DNA of 64,000 nucleotides from Mobula hypostoma (Eukaryota): assembly GCF_963921235.1 (NCBI RefSeq), contig NC_086109.1, forward strand, positions 30,568,001 to 30,632,000, written 5' to 3'. The number at the start of each line of letters is the position of its first letter. Positions within the stretch are counted from its first letter, which is position 1. A program made the translations under genes and the position numbers. The notes under the pieces were generated by a model. It did no database searches and was not told the origin of the DNA. It worked only from the letters and a program-made list of their open reading frames with translations. This document shows positions 23,321-35,334 of this stretch, in pieces.

Positions 23321-23659
23321 CTTTGTGAATCAATTGTGAGTTGGATGCAGTGATAACAACAGTTATAATTCTTTGACCCTTTTTGCACGGTGATGGACTT
23401 TATCTTCAGCCTGAAATAGTTCTTCCCTTCACTTCTGTTCATGCCAGAAATCTGAAATATCTTTAGCAGATAATGGAGCAAATGTGCAATATTTCTTTGA
23501 CAGAACCTCCCAAATATAGGAATTCTAACAGTTAGAATAGGATTTACAAGGGAACATTATCAACACTATGTTTGTTACATCAGCTCACCATTACTGATAA
23601 CTGGTAGTTCACCTTGCACCAAGCTTTTTTTTTCTGAGGATCAACATAATAGATAAGAG

Positions 23660-23860
23660 GTAGAAATGCTGGTACACAGGTCCACTGCTCCAGGTTTGAT
23701 CCTGACCTTGGGTTCAGTCTGTGTGGAGTTATACTTTCTCCCTGTGAACTTTATCTGGCTGTACTGGTTTTGAATCATATCCTTAAGAGGTATGTGTCAA
23801 TAGGTTAAATATTGTTCTTGGTATGTAGGTGAGTGGTAGAATCTGGGAGCCGGGGGTGGG
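23660..23860 (+). mobile_element. V-domain SINE, decayed
   Basis: CAGGTTTGATCCTGACC..GTCTGTGTGGAGTT..TCTCCCTGTGA head and V-domain remnant. Confidence 0.65.
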
Positions 23861-24285
23861 GGAGAGTAGTTGATGAGAAAATGGAGAGAATAAAATGGGA
23901 ATAATACACAATACCCCCAGCATTTTTCTGTGTGTTGCCTGACCTGCTGATTTCCTCCAGCACCACATTCCCACCTATCTTCCACCTCTTACTCCTCCCC
24001 ATCTCCCTGTCCATTTAATCTGGCTTCAGCTGTCTTTCTTATTGATGTGTCACCAGATTCCCTATGTCAGCAAAGACTCCCATCTTTCTACAGATGTACA
24101 GCGGACAGCATCCCAACTGGCTGCATCACCATCTGGTATGGGGAGTGGGGGGTGGGGGTGGTGGGACCACTGCACAAGATCCAGTGAAACTGCAGAAAGA
24201 TGTAAACTCATTCAGCTTCATCATGGGCACTAGCGTTTGTAGCATCCTCAAGGAGTGATGCCTCAAAAAGGCGGCATCCATCATT

Positions 24286-24885
24286 ACTTTATTATCACTA
24301 AACAATTGATACTAGACCGTACAATCATTACAGCGATATTTGATTCTGCGCTTTGCGCTCCCTGGAGTACAAATTGATAGTAAATAGTAAAAATTTAAAT
24401 TATAAATCATAAATAGAAAATAGAAAAGGGAAAGTAAGGTAGTGCAAAAAAACCGAGAGGCAGGTCCGGATATTTGGAGGGTATGGCCCAGGTGCGTGTC
24501 AGGATCCGTTCAGCAGTCTTATCACAGTTGGAAAGAAGCTGTTCCCAAATCTGGCCATACGAGTCTTCAAGCTCCTGAGCCTTCTCCCGGAGGGAAGAGG
24601 GATGAAAAATGCATTGGCTGGGTGGGTCGTGCCCTTGATTATCCTGGCAGCACTGCTCCAACAGCGTGCAGTGTAAAGTGAGTCTAAGGATGGAAAATTG
24701 GTTTGTGTGATGTGCTGGGCTGTGTTCACGATCTTCTGCAGCTTCTTCTGGTCTTGGGCAGGACAACGTCCATACCAGGTTGTGATGCACCCTAGAAGAA
24801 TGCTTTTTATGGTGCATCTATAAAAATTAGTGAGGGTTTTAGGGGACAGGCCAAATTTCCTTAGCTTTCTCAGGTAGTAAGGCCT
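24286..24885 (-). mobile_element. Young Rex1/Babar 3' fragment, same family as 16080-18058
   Basis: Near-identical reverse complement of 17445-18030 (YLRKLRKFGLSPKTLTNFYRCT..FGNSFFPTVIRLLNGS). Confidence 0.92.
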
Positions 24886-24929
24886 CTTCTTATTACTACC
24901 ATCAGGGAGGAGGTGCAGTTGCCTGAAGG

Positions 24930-25464
24930 TGTTGCAAGGAACGGGGCGAACCCAAACGCAGGACACTGGCACAGAGATTGAGTTAGGATGCAGACGAGGG
25001 TGTGAGAGTGGCTGGAGCTGAACAGCAAACAGGAGGGTGAACGGGAAAGCAGGAGACAGGCAGAACTTATCTTGACACGGGGCGTAGAAAGACAAGCGGT
25101 AGACAACACTTTTCTTGATACGGAGAGATGGAGTTACACAGGTAGACCTTGGTACCGAAGTAAATCTTAGAATTCTTATCTTGACACAGAGAGACCGAGT
25201 TACACAGATAAACCTCGGTACTAAAGTAAAACTTAGAATACACAATCCTAAGCGGCCGGGAACGTTAATCACCGCACTGGCTAGAACAACGATATGGCAA
25301 TGAGTGGATGCAAAGCCAGGGCTTTTATGCTGCAGGTCTTGATGAGAACTAGGTGTGTCACCATCAAAGGGAGTTAGGGAAAACTGGGGAATGAACGGTC
25401 GGGACCATGACACAATCAAAGAGAATTAGGAGAAAATGGGGAATTAATGGTCTGGACCGTGACA
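24930..25464 (-). mobile_element. Solo LTR (535 bp) with 5-bp TSD GAAGG
   Basis: Termini TGTTGC...GTGACA; GAAGG at 24925-24929 and 25465-25469; host LINE sequence is continuous across it; internal duplication of about 65 bp. Confidence 0.85.
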
Positions 25465-25712
25465 GAAGGCACACACTCAATAGTTCAGGAATAGCTTCTT
25501 CCCCGCTGCCATCAGATTTCTGTATTGACATTGAACCCATAAACATTACCTCACTATTCTTCTGCAATATTTATTTAATTTAACTATTATATATTTACTT
25601 ACAGTAATTTTCATTATTATGTATTGCATTGTACTGCTGCTGCATAACAACAAATTTCACGACATATGCCGGTGATACTAAACCTGATTCAGATTCTGAT
25701 GTTGATTTCTTT

Positions 25713-25850
25713 GCAGTTCTGATGAAGGGTGTCAGCATGAAACGTCAACTTTTATTTCCCTCCATCAAAGCTGCCTGATCTACTGAGTTCCTTCAGCATT
25801 TTTGGTGTGTTGCTCTAGATTTCCAGCATCTGCAGACTTCCGTGTGCCTC
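25713..25850 (+). mobile_element. Short Penelope terminal-repeat fragment with hammerhead core
   Basis: AGTT-CTGATGA-AGGGTGTCAGCAT-GAAAC-GTC-AACT, then ..GATTTCCAGCATCTGCAGA. Confidence 0.8.
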
Positions 25851-26019
25851 CCGTATAACAGGAGATCTTTGTGAGATTAGTGTAAATAAGTGCTTGATGG
25901 TCAGTGCAGACTTACTAGTCTAAAGAGCGGTATGATGCTGACTCAGTGTGAGCCTATACACAAAGCCAAGGGACAAGTCCCATTCCCTGATTATATTTTT
26001 GAGGAAGTTGCCAAGCTGA

Positions 26020-27520
26020 TGAGAATCAGTAGCCTAGTCATCTAAGTTCATGTCAAAGAGTCATTGAAAGTAGTTACACAGGCTGACAGGGAGGAAAAAG
26101 AATTCATATGGCATACTTGATATATTAGTCTAGGAACTGAGTTCAGGAGAAGGGAAGCTATGTTGCAGCTTTTTAAAAAATCTAGTCAGGCTGCATTTGA
26201 AGTATTGTATTCAGTTCTGGTTACCTCATTGTAGGAAGGATGTGAAGGTTTTGAGAGGGTGCAGAAGTGGTTGACCAGGATCACTAAGGAAGAAATAATG
26301 AGAAATATGGATAGAAGTAGTTCCATCAGGCAGACACAGCATGGATTCATGAAGAGCTGCTCTTATTTGACAAACTTACTGGACTTTTTTTGAAGATATA
26401 ATGAGCATAGTGGATAGAGGGGTGGAAACTGTATATTTGGATTTCCAGAATGTGTTCTATAAGATGCTGCATAAAAGGCATATCCATAAGATAATGATGC
26501 TAGAGTTGGGAGTAACATATTAATATCGATGGAGGCCTGGTTAACCAATAGGAGGCAAAGAGTTGGATAAAAGGGTTCTTCCCTGGTTGGCAATCATTGG
26601 AGAGGGAGCCGCTGCAGGGAATGGTGCTGGGCCCACAATTATTCACAATATACACTAACAGTTTGGAAAAGGGGACCAAGCATATCTAAGTTTGCTGATG
26701 GCAATAAATAGAGTGGAAAAATAAATTTTTCAGAGGATGCAAGAGTCTGCAGAGAGATGTAGATAAGTTAACTGAATGGGTAAGGATTTGGCAGATGGAG
26801 TACAGTGCTGGGAAGTGTGAGGTCATCTACTTTGGAAGGAAAAATAAAAATAAATAATTTTTAAAATTTAGATGTTGAAGGATTGTAGCATGTTGTTGTG
26901 CATGAATCACGAAAGTTTGGTTTGCAAGTGCAACAGGTTATCAGAAAGGCAAATGGAATGTTGCTAGAGGAACTGAATTTAAGAGCACTGAGGTTCTGGT
27001 GCAACTGTACAGGGTTCTGGGAAAGGGACACCTTCAATACTGCCTGCAATTGTGGTTTCCCTGAGGAAAGATACACTGGCTTTGAAAGTTGTGCAAAGGA
27101 ATTTTACCAGTTGATTTCAGAGACAAAGGGGTTAGCCTGTGAAGGGAGATTGAGTCACCTGGGACTGTACTCACTGGAATTCGGAAGAATGAGAGGGAAT
27201 CTTAGAGTAACATACTATAAAATTATGAAAGGGATAGATAAGATAGAGGCAGGAAAGTTGTTTCCACTGGTATGTGGGTGAGTAAATTTAGGTTAGCAAT
27301 GAGGAGGAATTGCTTCTCCCAGGAAGTAGAAAATCTGTGAAATTCTCTTCCCGAGAAGACAATGGCTGTTAGATAGATTTTTGCATAGTAGAGGAATTAA
27401 GAGTTACGGGAACAAGGCAGATAGCTGAAGCTGAGCCCATGGCCATGATCTTCCCGAATGGCTGAGCAAACTATGGTCATGATGGCCTATTCCTACTCCT
27501 ATTATCTACTGTTTTTTTAT
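26020..27520 (+). mobile_element. Decayed CR1 LINE fragments (at least two)
   Basis: QHGF....LTNLL.FFEDI, SKFADG, QVQQVIRKANGML and LGLYSLEFGRMRG remnants, plus CR1 3' end. Confidence 0.85.
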
Positions 27521-27760
27521 GGAATGGAAAGGACATTAGTGTTTGGTTCATTGATGTTCTATTGACAAACTGTTAGATGACATCAGTCAAAGTGCCTATG
27601 TGAGGTGGGGGGTGTCTAGGAGTTTCAATGGGTGTGGAATGGTAGAAACATACTAGATTAATATGTACTGGGGAGTGCAAGTGGTAATATAATATAATGC
27701 AGATAAAAATATTATAAGAGCAACTCCAACCGTGAGCTTATTTTTAATAGGTTCCTTAAT

Positions 27761-29160
27761 AGTTAGCCTAACGTCGGTGGTGGGGAAACTGCTGGAGTCA
27801 GTTATCAAGGATGTGATAACAGCACATTTGGAAAGCGGTGAAATGATCGGACAAAGTCAGCATGGATTTGTGAAAGGAAAATCATGTCTGACGAATCTCA
27901 TAGAATTTTTTGATGATGTAACTAGTAGAGTGGATAGGGGAGAACCAGTGGATGTGGTATATTTGGATTTTCAAAAGGCTTTTGACAAGGTCCCACACAG
28001 GAGATTAGTGTGCAAACTTAAAGCACACGGTATTGGGGGTAAGGTATTGGTGTGGGTGGAGAATTGGTTAGCAGACAGGAAGCAAAGAGTGGGAATAAAC
28101 GGGACCTTTTCAGAATGGCAGGCGGTGACTAGTGGGGTACCGCAAGGCTCAGTGCTGGGACCCCAGTTGCTTACAATATATATTAATGACTTGGATGAGG
28201 GAATTAAATGCAGCATCTCCAAGTTTGCGGATGACACGAAGCTGGGTGGCAGTGTTAGCAGTGAGGAGGATGCTTAGAGGATGCAGGGTGACTTGGATAG
28301 GTTGGGTGAGTGGGCAAACTCATGGCAGATGCAATTTAATGTGGATAAATGTGAAGTTATCCACTTTGGTGGCAAAAATAGGAAAACAGATTATTATCTG
28401 AATGGTGGCCGATTAGGAAAAGGGAAGGTGCAACGAGACCTGGGTGTCATTATACACCAGTCATTGAAAGTGGGCATGCAGGTACAGCAGGTGGTGAAAA
28501 AGGCGAATGGTATGCTGGCATTTATAGCGAGAGGATTCGAGTACAGGAGCAGGGAGGTACTACTGCAGTTGTACAAGGCCTTGGTGGGACCACACCTGGA
28601 GTATTGTGTGCAGTTTTGGTCCCCTAATCTGAGGAAAGACATCTTTGCCATAGAGGGAGTACAAAGAAGATTCACCAGATTGATTCCTGGGATGGCAGGA
28701 CTTTCATATGAAGAAAGACTGGATGAACTGGGCTTGTACTCGTTGGAATTTAGAAGATTGAGGGGGGATCTGATTGAAACGTATAAGATCCTAAAGGGAT
28801 TGGACAGGCTAGATGCAGGAAGATTGTTCCCGATGTTGGGGAAGTCCAGAACGAGGGGTCACAGTTTGAGGATAGAGGGGAAGCCTTTTAGGACCGAGAT
28901 TAGGAAAAACTTCTTCACACAGAGAGTGGTGAATCTGTGGAATTCTCTGCCACAGGAAACTGTTGAGGCCAGTTCATTGGCTATGTTTAAGAGGGAGTTA
29001 GATATGGCCCTTGTGGCTACAGGGGTCAGGGGGTATGGAGGGAAGGCTGGGGCGGGGTTCTGAGTTGGATGATCAGCCATGATCATAATAAATGGCGGTG
29101 CAGGCTCGAAGGGCCGAATGGCCTACTCCTGCACCTATTTTCTATGTTTCTATGTTTCTA
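27761..29160 (+). mobile_element. Young 5'-truncated CR1 LINE; RT interrupted only by TAG at 28275-28277
   Basis: ORFs 27732-28277 and 28281-29063 are in the same frame ([40 protein letters not shown]); (TTTCTATG)n tail at 29138-29160. Confidence 0.95.
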
Positions 29161-29444
29161 TATTAATAAACGATGCTGGTTGGCAGAACGATCTGGATGT
29201 GGCAGGTCAAATACTCCTCAGGACTATGTTTGGTGACCTATGTTTGGCTATTATTTTAAGAGAAATTACTGAAAGATTAAATGAAAAAGACAGCATATTA
29301 TGCTCTCTTCATGGAGTGCATTGGAGTCGATTCAATATATTTACCCCAAAATTCCCAGAACTCAGTGATTAATGTTTATTCACTCACATTCATGCCACAA
29401 TAGGCCTGGAAATTATTTGGATAGGATCCACTGGAGAGTGAACC

Positions 29445-29800
29445 CGGCGGGGTGGTTTGAGTATCTCAGAAACCGCTGATCTCCTGGGGTTTTCGTGCAC
29501 AACTGTCTGTAGAATTTACAGAGAATCATGCAAAAAATTTTTAAAAAGCATTTAGTAAATGGCAGTTTTGTGGGTGAAAACATCTTGTTAATGAGCAAGG
29601 TTAGAGGAGAATGGCCAGACTGGTTCAAACTGACAGGAAAGTGATAGTAACTCAGATAATCTTGCAATGGTGGTGTGCAGAAGAGCATCTCTGAACGTGT
29701 AGCACATCAGATGTTGAAGTGGATGGGCTACAGCAGTAGAAGACTACAAATATAAAGCGGCCACTTTATAAGATATGGGAATCTTTATAAAACCCATTGT
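29445..29800 (+). mobile_element. Second copy of the deleted Tc1-family element
   Basis: Colinear similarity to 22430-22790 (GAGTATCTCAGAAAC.GCTGATCTCCT.., GGCTACAGCAG). Confidence 0.8.
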
Positions 29801-30757
29801 TCTATATTATAATAAGTGTCTTTTAAGTTTTTTCTTTAATTATATAACAATTGATCTTGTGGTAATACTCCTTGGAAAGAGGAACAGAAAAGCAGAGAAA
29901 AATGACACAGATCTTGTTTAAGTTCTGGCAGCTGATCTTAGCATACAAGACTGAAGACTGCCTGAGTCCTTCATTTACCTTTCTCTGAGGAAGTGATAAA
30001 TATCCAGGCATTAGTGGAGCTCTTTCCTTTGGCGAAACTATTCTCTGGACACAAATGGAATGAAAAGTTCAGATTTTGGAAAACCAAAGAATCAGATGGA
30101 AATTCCACAGAATATTCTTCTGAATGTCAATAGTCGAGTAAATTCTAAATCCTATGGACATATTATTTAAATAAAATGGGCTGGTGGCCTCGGGAATGCT
30201 ATCACTGGCTTGCAGAAAATAAAACGAACATGGTACCAAATGAATCTGAAAAGAAATAGCAAACGTTTTTTATTATTTTGCAGAAGAGAAAAATTAGAAA
30301 TTAGCTTATGCCTTCCTTTTGAAAGTAACTTACCCAAGCAAGCTGTTGGTATCTCTCTGCTGACTCTAGTTCTGTTAGGCTCAGGAAGGAATTACTAGGG
30401 TAAGCAAGGAACTGTAAGAATGCACTGTAGATGTACATTTAGATAATGTGGATAGAAACCTTGCCTACCTCCAACACAAAATAGGTCAGAGAATGAATAA
30501 AGCAAAGATATGAAAGATGTGAATGAATTGGACATGAAAATTGCTTGAACTGTCCCATTGTGCAAAGTTGCAGGAGCTGTATTTATTATAACTGCTTAAA
30601 AGAGAAAAAAGAAAGCATTTGGCAGAAAAGAGAGTGAAGTTAAGGGGTAAAGACAAGGTAGCTATATCTTACGCAGAATAACTATGCAGGATAGGCTCTG
30701 ATTTATTTTGATGCATCATGAATTCACATACACCATACACCAGGTTTGTAGAGAAAT

Positions 30758-30998
30758 TAGAAACATAGAAAACCTACAGCACAATACAGGCCCTTCAGCC
30801 CACAAAGCTGTGCCAAACATGTCCTTACCTTAGAACTAACTAGGCTTACCCATAGCCCTCTATTTTCCTAAGCTCCATGTATCCATCCAGGAGTCTCTTA
30901 AAAGAACCTATTGTTTCTGCTTCCACCACCACCGCTGGCAGCCCATTCCATGCACTCACTACTCTCTACGTAAAAAACTTACCCCTGACATCTCCTCT
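30758..30998 (-). mobile_element. CR1-type 3' end fragment
   Basis: TAGAAACATAGAAA tail, CAGGCCCTTCAGCCCAC and GGCAGCCCATTCCATGCACTCAC. Confidence 0.75.
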
Positions 30999-31159
30999 TC
31001 GTCAGGTGAATGGCTAAAGGAGAAAGCCATTGTCCAAGGTTTTACACAACATTATCATTGTGTATTCAGTGATTTAACATGGATGCTGATCATTCTGACA
31101 CCAAGTTAAAAATGTTTTGGACTTTTCCCAATTTAAATGGCAAAACTTTGCCTGAGTGT

Positions 31160-31480
31160 CCAAGGCACCATCAAGGATATTTTTAAGAGACAGTGACTCA
31201 AGAAGGCAGTACATCAAAAAGGACTCTCACCAGCTTGGACCCTTCTTATTATAAAGGAGGAGATATAGGAATGTAATGCTCCACACTCAATGTTTCAGAA
31301 ACAATTTCTTCTCCTCCACCAGATTTCAGAGTGCTCTGTGAACACTACCACGTTATTCCCTCTTTTTTTTGTACTGTTTATTTATTTATTTTGTAATTTA
31401 TTGGTAACTTTTATGTCTGCACTATATAGCTACCACAAAACAACAAATTCACATCATATAAGACCTGATTCTGATAATAT
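31160..31480 (+). mobile_element. Decayed Rex1/Babar 3' end
   Basis: Similar to 25470-25700, including ACAACAAATTCAC..CCTGATTCTGAT terminus. Confidence 0.6.
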
Positions 31481-32869
31481 TCCTTGTTTCTCTTATGTCA
31501 GCTGAAATACAGTGCAATATATTATTCTTATTTTCATCTGACCAGAAATACTACTGCCAGTCTGATTAGATTCTATGTGAACTCCCATAGGTCAATCAAA
31601 ATAAAATTGGAAATTAGTTAGGAGCCATGGGAGCAATTCCAGATAAGTAATTTTCTAACAATTTATAACTCATTATCTACTCACCACTTTGTTTGGAATT
31701 AGTACTTATAAATCAGAGAAGTTCAGACTGATTTCTCATTTATTTAAAATTGCTATGACTTGAGACAGCTTTACACTGTAAGAAAACTACCAGAGCTCTA
31801 TCACTTACTGATTTTCAATTAATTTCTGATAGTTTCCAGACCACAGCCAAATCAAAGCAATATGGGATTCCTGTAATGAAATACTTACTGGAAAGGAAAT
31901 GGAAAATTACCCAGCGATTACAGTTAAACTTAATCATGGACATGCAGTGTAATTTCCACTACCAAAATATAGAACTGACCAGCAAGACATGAAGATAGTA
32001 ACTTTTTGATTTGTGAGAGAATTAACTTTACTTCAGAGACCAGTTCTAAAATTTTGAATTGTGGTCCTTTTAAAAATAATGATTATCGCAATGTTTATAT
32101 TATTTAAATACATATACAAAATTAACAGTGATAAATTAGTTATTCGACTTCGATATCTCTAGATCATGCAGATTTATATCTGTATTTCATAAATATTGAC
32201 AAATCATGTAGGCTTCTCATGACGCTGTTAACATTATTTTTCAGCTGTGGTAGAACATATGCAAGAAGTAATAAAAAGTAATACAACAAAGGTAGAGTAG
32301 GCGATAGTAAAGCTTCTTTGGCAGAGGAGTTCAGCATGAAGGACTGCCCTAATTTGTAGAAATTACCTGAATAAAGGGCCACAATGAACCAATGGTGACA
32401 TACTGCAGATGCTGGAAACCTGACATAAAACTTAAAATGAAGGAAATACTCAGCCAATCAGGCATTGCTTGATGGTAATAGAAACACAGTGAATGATTTG
32501 GGTAGATAATCTTTCAAATTAATATATCAGGTCTATGACCATTCAATGATGCGTCATTTCCTATCAATATCCTTTTTACATCTTTGTCATGATACATGAA
32601 TAACCCTGTGTCAACATTTTTCTTTCAGAATGTAGGAAAGATTATCCCTTTAGAGTTGCATAATGTAATTTTGATAGGAGCCCTGGAAAAGTACACTTTA
32701 AAAATGGGATTTAATGGAACTTTGCAACCTCTTTCATCATTTTCAAAGTGCAAAGTAAATTTATTGTCAAAGTACATATATGTCAACCCTTTAATACAGA
32801 AATTTACCTCAGCTAACCCAACAGAGTGCAGTTCGGCATTAAAAAAGGGGAGCTGATATAAAATGTACC

Positions 32870-34035
32870 AATAACATTGGATTTACATTAAAGCAGCCAT
32901 GAGAAAGCAATGAAATAATCTAGTGTGGCAAGAGATTGAAAAATGTTGATATTCTAAAGGATCTGGACACCTTTCTGTACAAGTTAAAGGAAGGCAAGAA
33001 GAGAAAAGGGACAGCAGTTGTTAGAATCAGAAACAAAAAAAAAACAGAATGCTGGAAGAACTCAGCAAGCCAAGAGGGAATAGAAAAAAAATGCTAGTAG
33101 CTAGCAGTCTGAGCGAGGAATGGGACAGACGTCAGTAGGTGTTAGTTTGGAACCATATGGGGAAGTGATGATGATGGGTTGACGGAACTGGGTGGGGCAG
33201 GTGGTTGGATGAAGTGAATTGGAAAGGTAAACAGACACATGGTAAAATTCTGTCTTTGTTCACTAGGTTCCTTCTCCCATTCTTCATCTTTCCAATCCCC
33301 TGCCGCTCTCCTGTCTGCCACCTTTCAACTTACACTTTATGTTGCTTGACTTCTTCCAGAATTCTGTTTCAGGTCACAGGAGGCAACATGCAGATGCTGC
33401 AAGCAATTAGAAAGGCAAGCTGTATCTTAATCTTCATCACAAAATGATTTGAATAAGGAATAAAGATGCCTTGCTACAATTATAAAAGCTTTGGTGTAAC
33501 CACACCTAGAGTATCATGTACAATTTTGAACTCCTTATGTCAGAAGGGACGTATGGGCTTAGAGAGAGTGCAGTGAAGATTTATTAGATTGGTTGCAGGA
33601 TGTGTCTTTTGAAAAGAGCTTGAGCAGACTAGGCCTGTATTTTTTAGATGAATAATTAATAATCTCATTGAATTCTAAAACCTCTAAGAAGTTTTGACAG
33701 ATTAAATTTAATGAGACTGTTTTCCCTGGTGAGGAGTCTAGAGCCAGTGATCACAGAATCAGAATAAGGGCAGATCTAAGGAAGGAAATGAGGAGAACTA
33801 TTTTTACTCAAGGAGTGATGAGCCTTTGAAATTCTCTACCACAGCATGATGTGGAGACTCAGTTCTTGAGTTTATTCAAAACAGAGATTAACAGATTTAT
33901 GGATAATGAGGGATTCAAGGATATGGGAATAGTGTTCACAAAATGTGGATAAGGTAATAGATCTTTGTGAATGGCAGAGTAACCTCAAAGGATCAGATGG
34001 CTGACTCTTGCACTTAGTTTTTATGTTCCTATGTT
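32870..34035 (+). mobile_element. Old CR1 3' fragment containing a Penelope-terminus insertion (about 33030-33370)
   Basis: MQ..QAIRKA..IL.FI and L.QL.KALV.PHLEY remnants, TTATGTTCCTATG tail; GAATGCTGGAAGAACTCAGCAAG matches the PLE terminus. Confidence 0.6.
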
Positions 34036-34097
34036 AGGACATCCTGTAACACAACTTAATGTCCAATATGCAAGTAATTCTTTTGAAGGCAGCATTT

Positions 34098-34560
34098 TAA
34101 AGTTTCAAAGGTCAAGTTTAATGTCAGAGAAATGTATACAATATACATCCTGAAATGCTTTTTCTTTGCAAAACATCCATGAAAAGAGAGAAGTGTCCCA
34201 AAGAATGAACGGCGGTTAAACATGAGAACCCCAGGTTTCCCCCCAGCTCCGCCCTCCCACACGTAAACGGCAAAGAGCAACAATACTTCCTCCCCCACCA
34301 GCAAAAATAAATGCGCATCAGTATCATCACCGAGCCCAAGCGTGTGCTAAGCAAAAGCAAAGACACAGACCAAAGTTACCCCAAAAGCTTCGCATTTCAT
34401 CGAAATTTGACAACCCATAGGTTCTCTCTCTCCCTGGCAAGGGAGAGGGAGGTGTTCCCCATTTTTACAGCGAGTGGGAGACATAACAACAAGTCCGTTT
34501 CGTTGCTTTTCTCGAGCTCTGTGTCTGAAGATTGCAAAGACCTCGGATCTTCAGGCCTAC
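34098..34560 (-). mobile_element. Non-autonomous retroelement with Rex1-like (TTTGAAC)n tail
   Basis: TTCAAAGGTCAAGTTTAAT..ATATACATCCTGA; similar ends at about 32743, 35335, 35457 and 59789. Confidence 0.55.
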
Positions 34561-35334
34561 AGCAAAAGATTTTCTGGCCTTTTCATTTCTATTTGCCAAC
34601 ACACTCTCTATTGGGAATATCTTCCTCTATATTAAAAGGAACATGAGAACATTTGATATATCCCTGTATCAAATTATGTTCTTCTTTCCCAATCCAGTAT
34701 TGAAAACTAATAAATTATGATAGAACTCGGAGCTAAGGCAGTACTGCTTTAAATTTGTGATCTTCTCACCTCTAATAAACCTCACACAGTTCTTTATTTC
34801 ATTCCTCTAGGTAGTGTTTCAACCCTTTTATACTGGATTATTGTCATCTGTTCCTCTCTTTTTAGGCTCGATCTCTTCTGATTTGTAACATTGAAAGCTT
34901 TGTAGGTCCCAATGTCTTATGACAGCATGACTCATGAATAGGATGGGTAGTTCTTTATTTTTAATTGGCAATTAGGGTGGTTTGGATAGAAATAAACTGC
35001 ATCAAGATGTTTCTGAAGAGCTGGTTTAATTGGGAATTATTGAAGTCAATTATGAGTCTGTTACTCCAACGGTAATTTTCCTGACACAACTTTCACCTTC
35101 TTCATTTTCTTTTTATCATCCGTTGCTAGTTTTACAGTGATGGTCGGACTGGAAGAACAAGTGAATTCTTGCTGCAATTTTTAATACTGCATACACGTGG
35201 ACCAGTTGGAGTTATTCCATTGTTCATCAGAATGGTATTTCGATTCAGCAGTGACAATTTTGTTTTATTATTCAGAACTATGATTAACAGTAAATTAGAG
35301 CAAGTGCTTCTGTGCCTTCTTCCATTTTCATTGT

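Larger units (their letters stand above)
24090..25700 (+). mobile_element. Older Rex1/Babar 3' fragment hosting two insertions
   Basis: YRC..SI.TGCIT.WYG remnant; resumes at about 24886 (CTACCATCAGGGAGGAGG) and 25470 (GTTCAGGAATAGCTTCTTCCCC); GATTCT-type tail near 25700. Confidence 0.75.
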
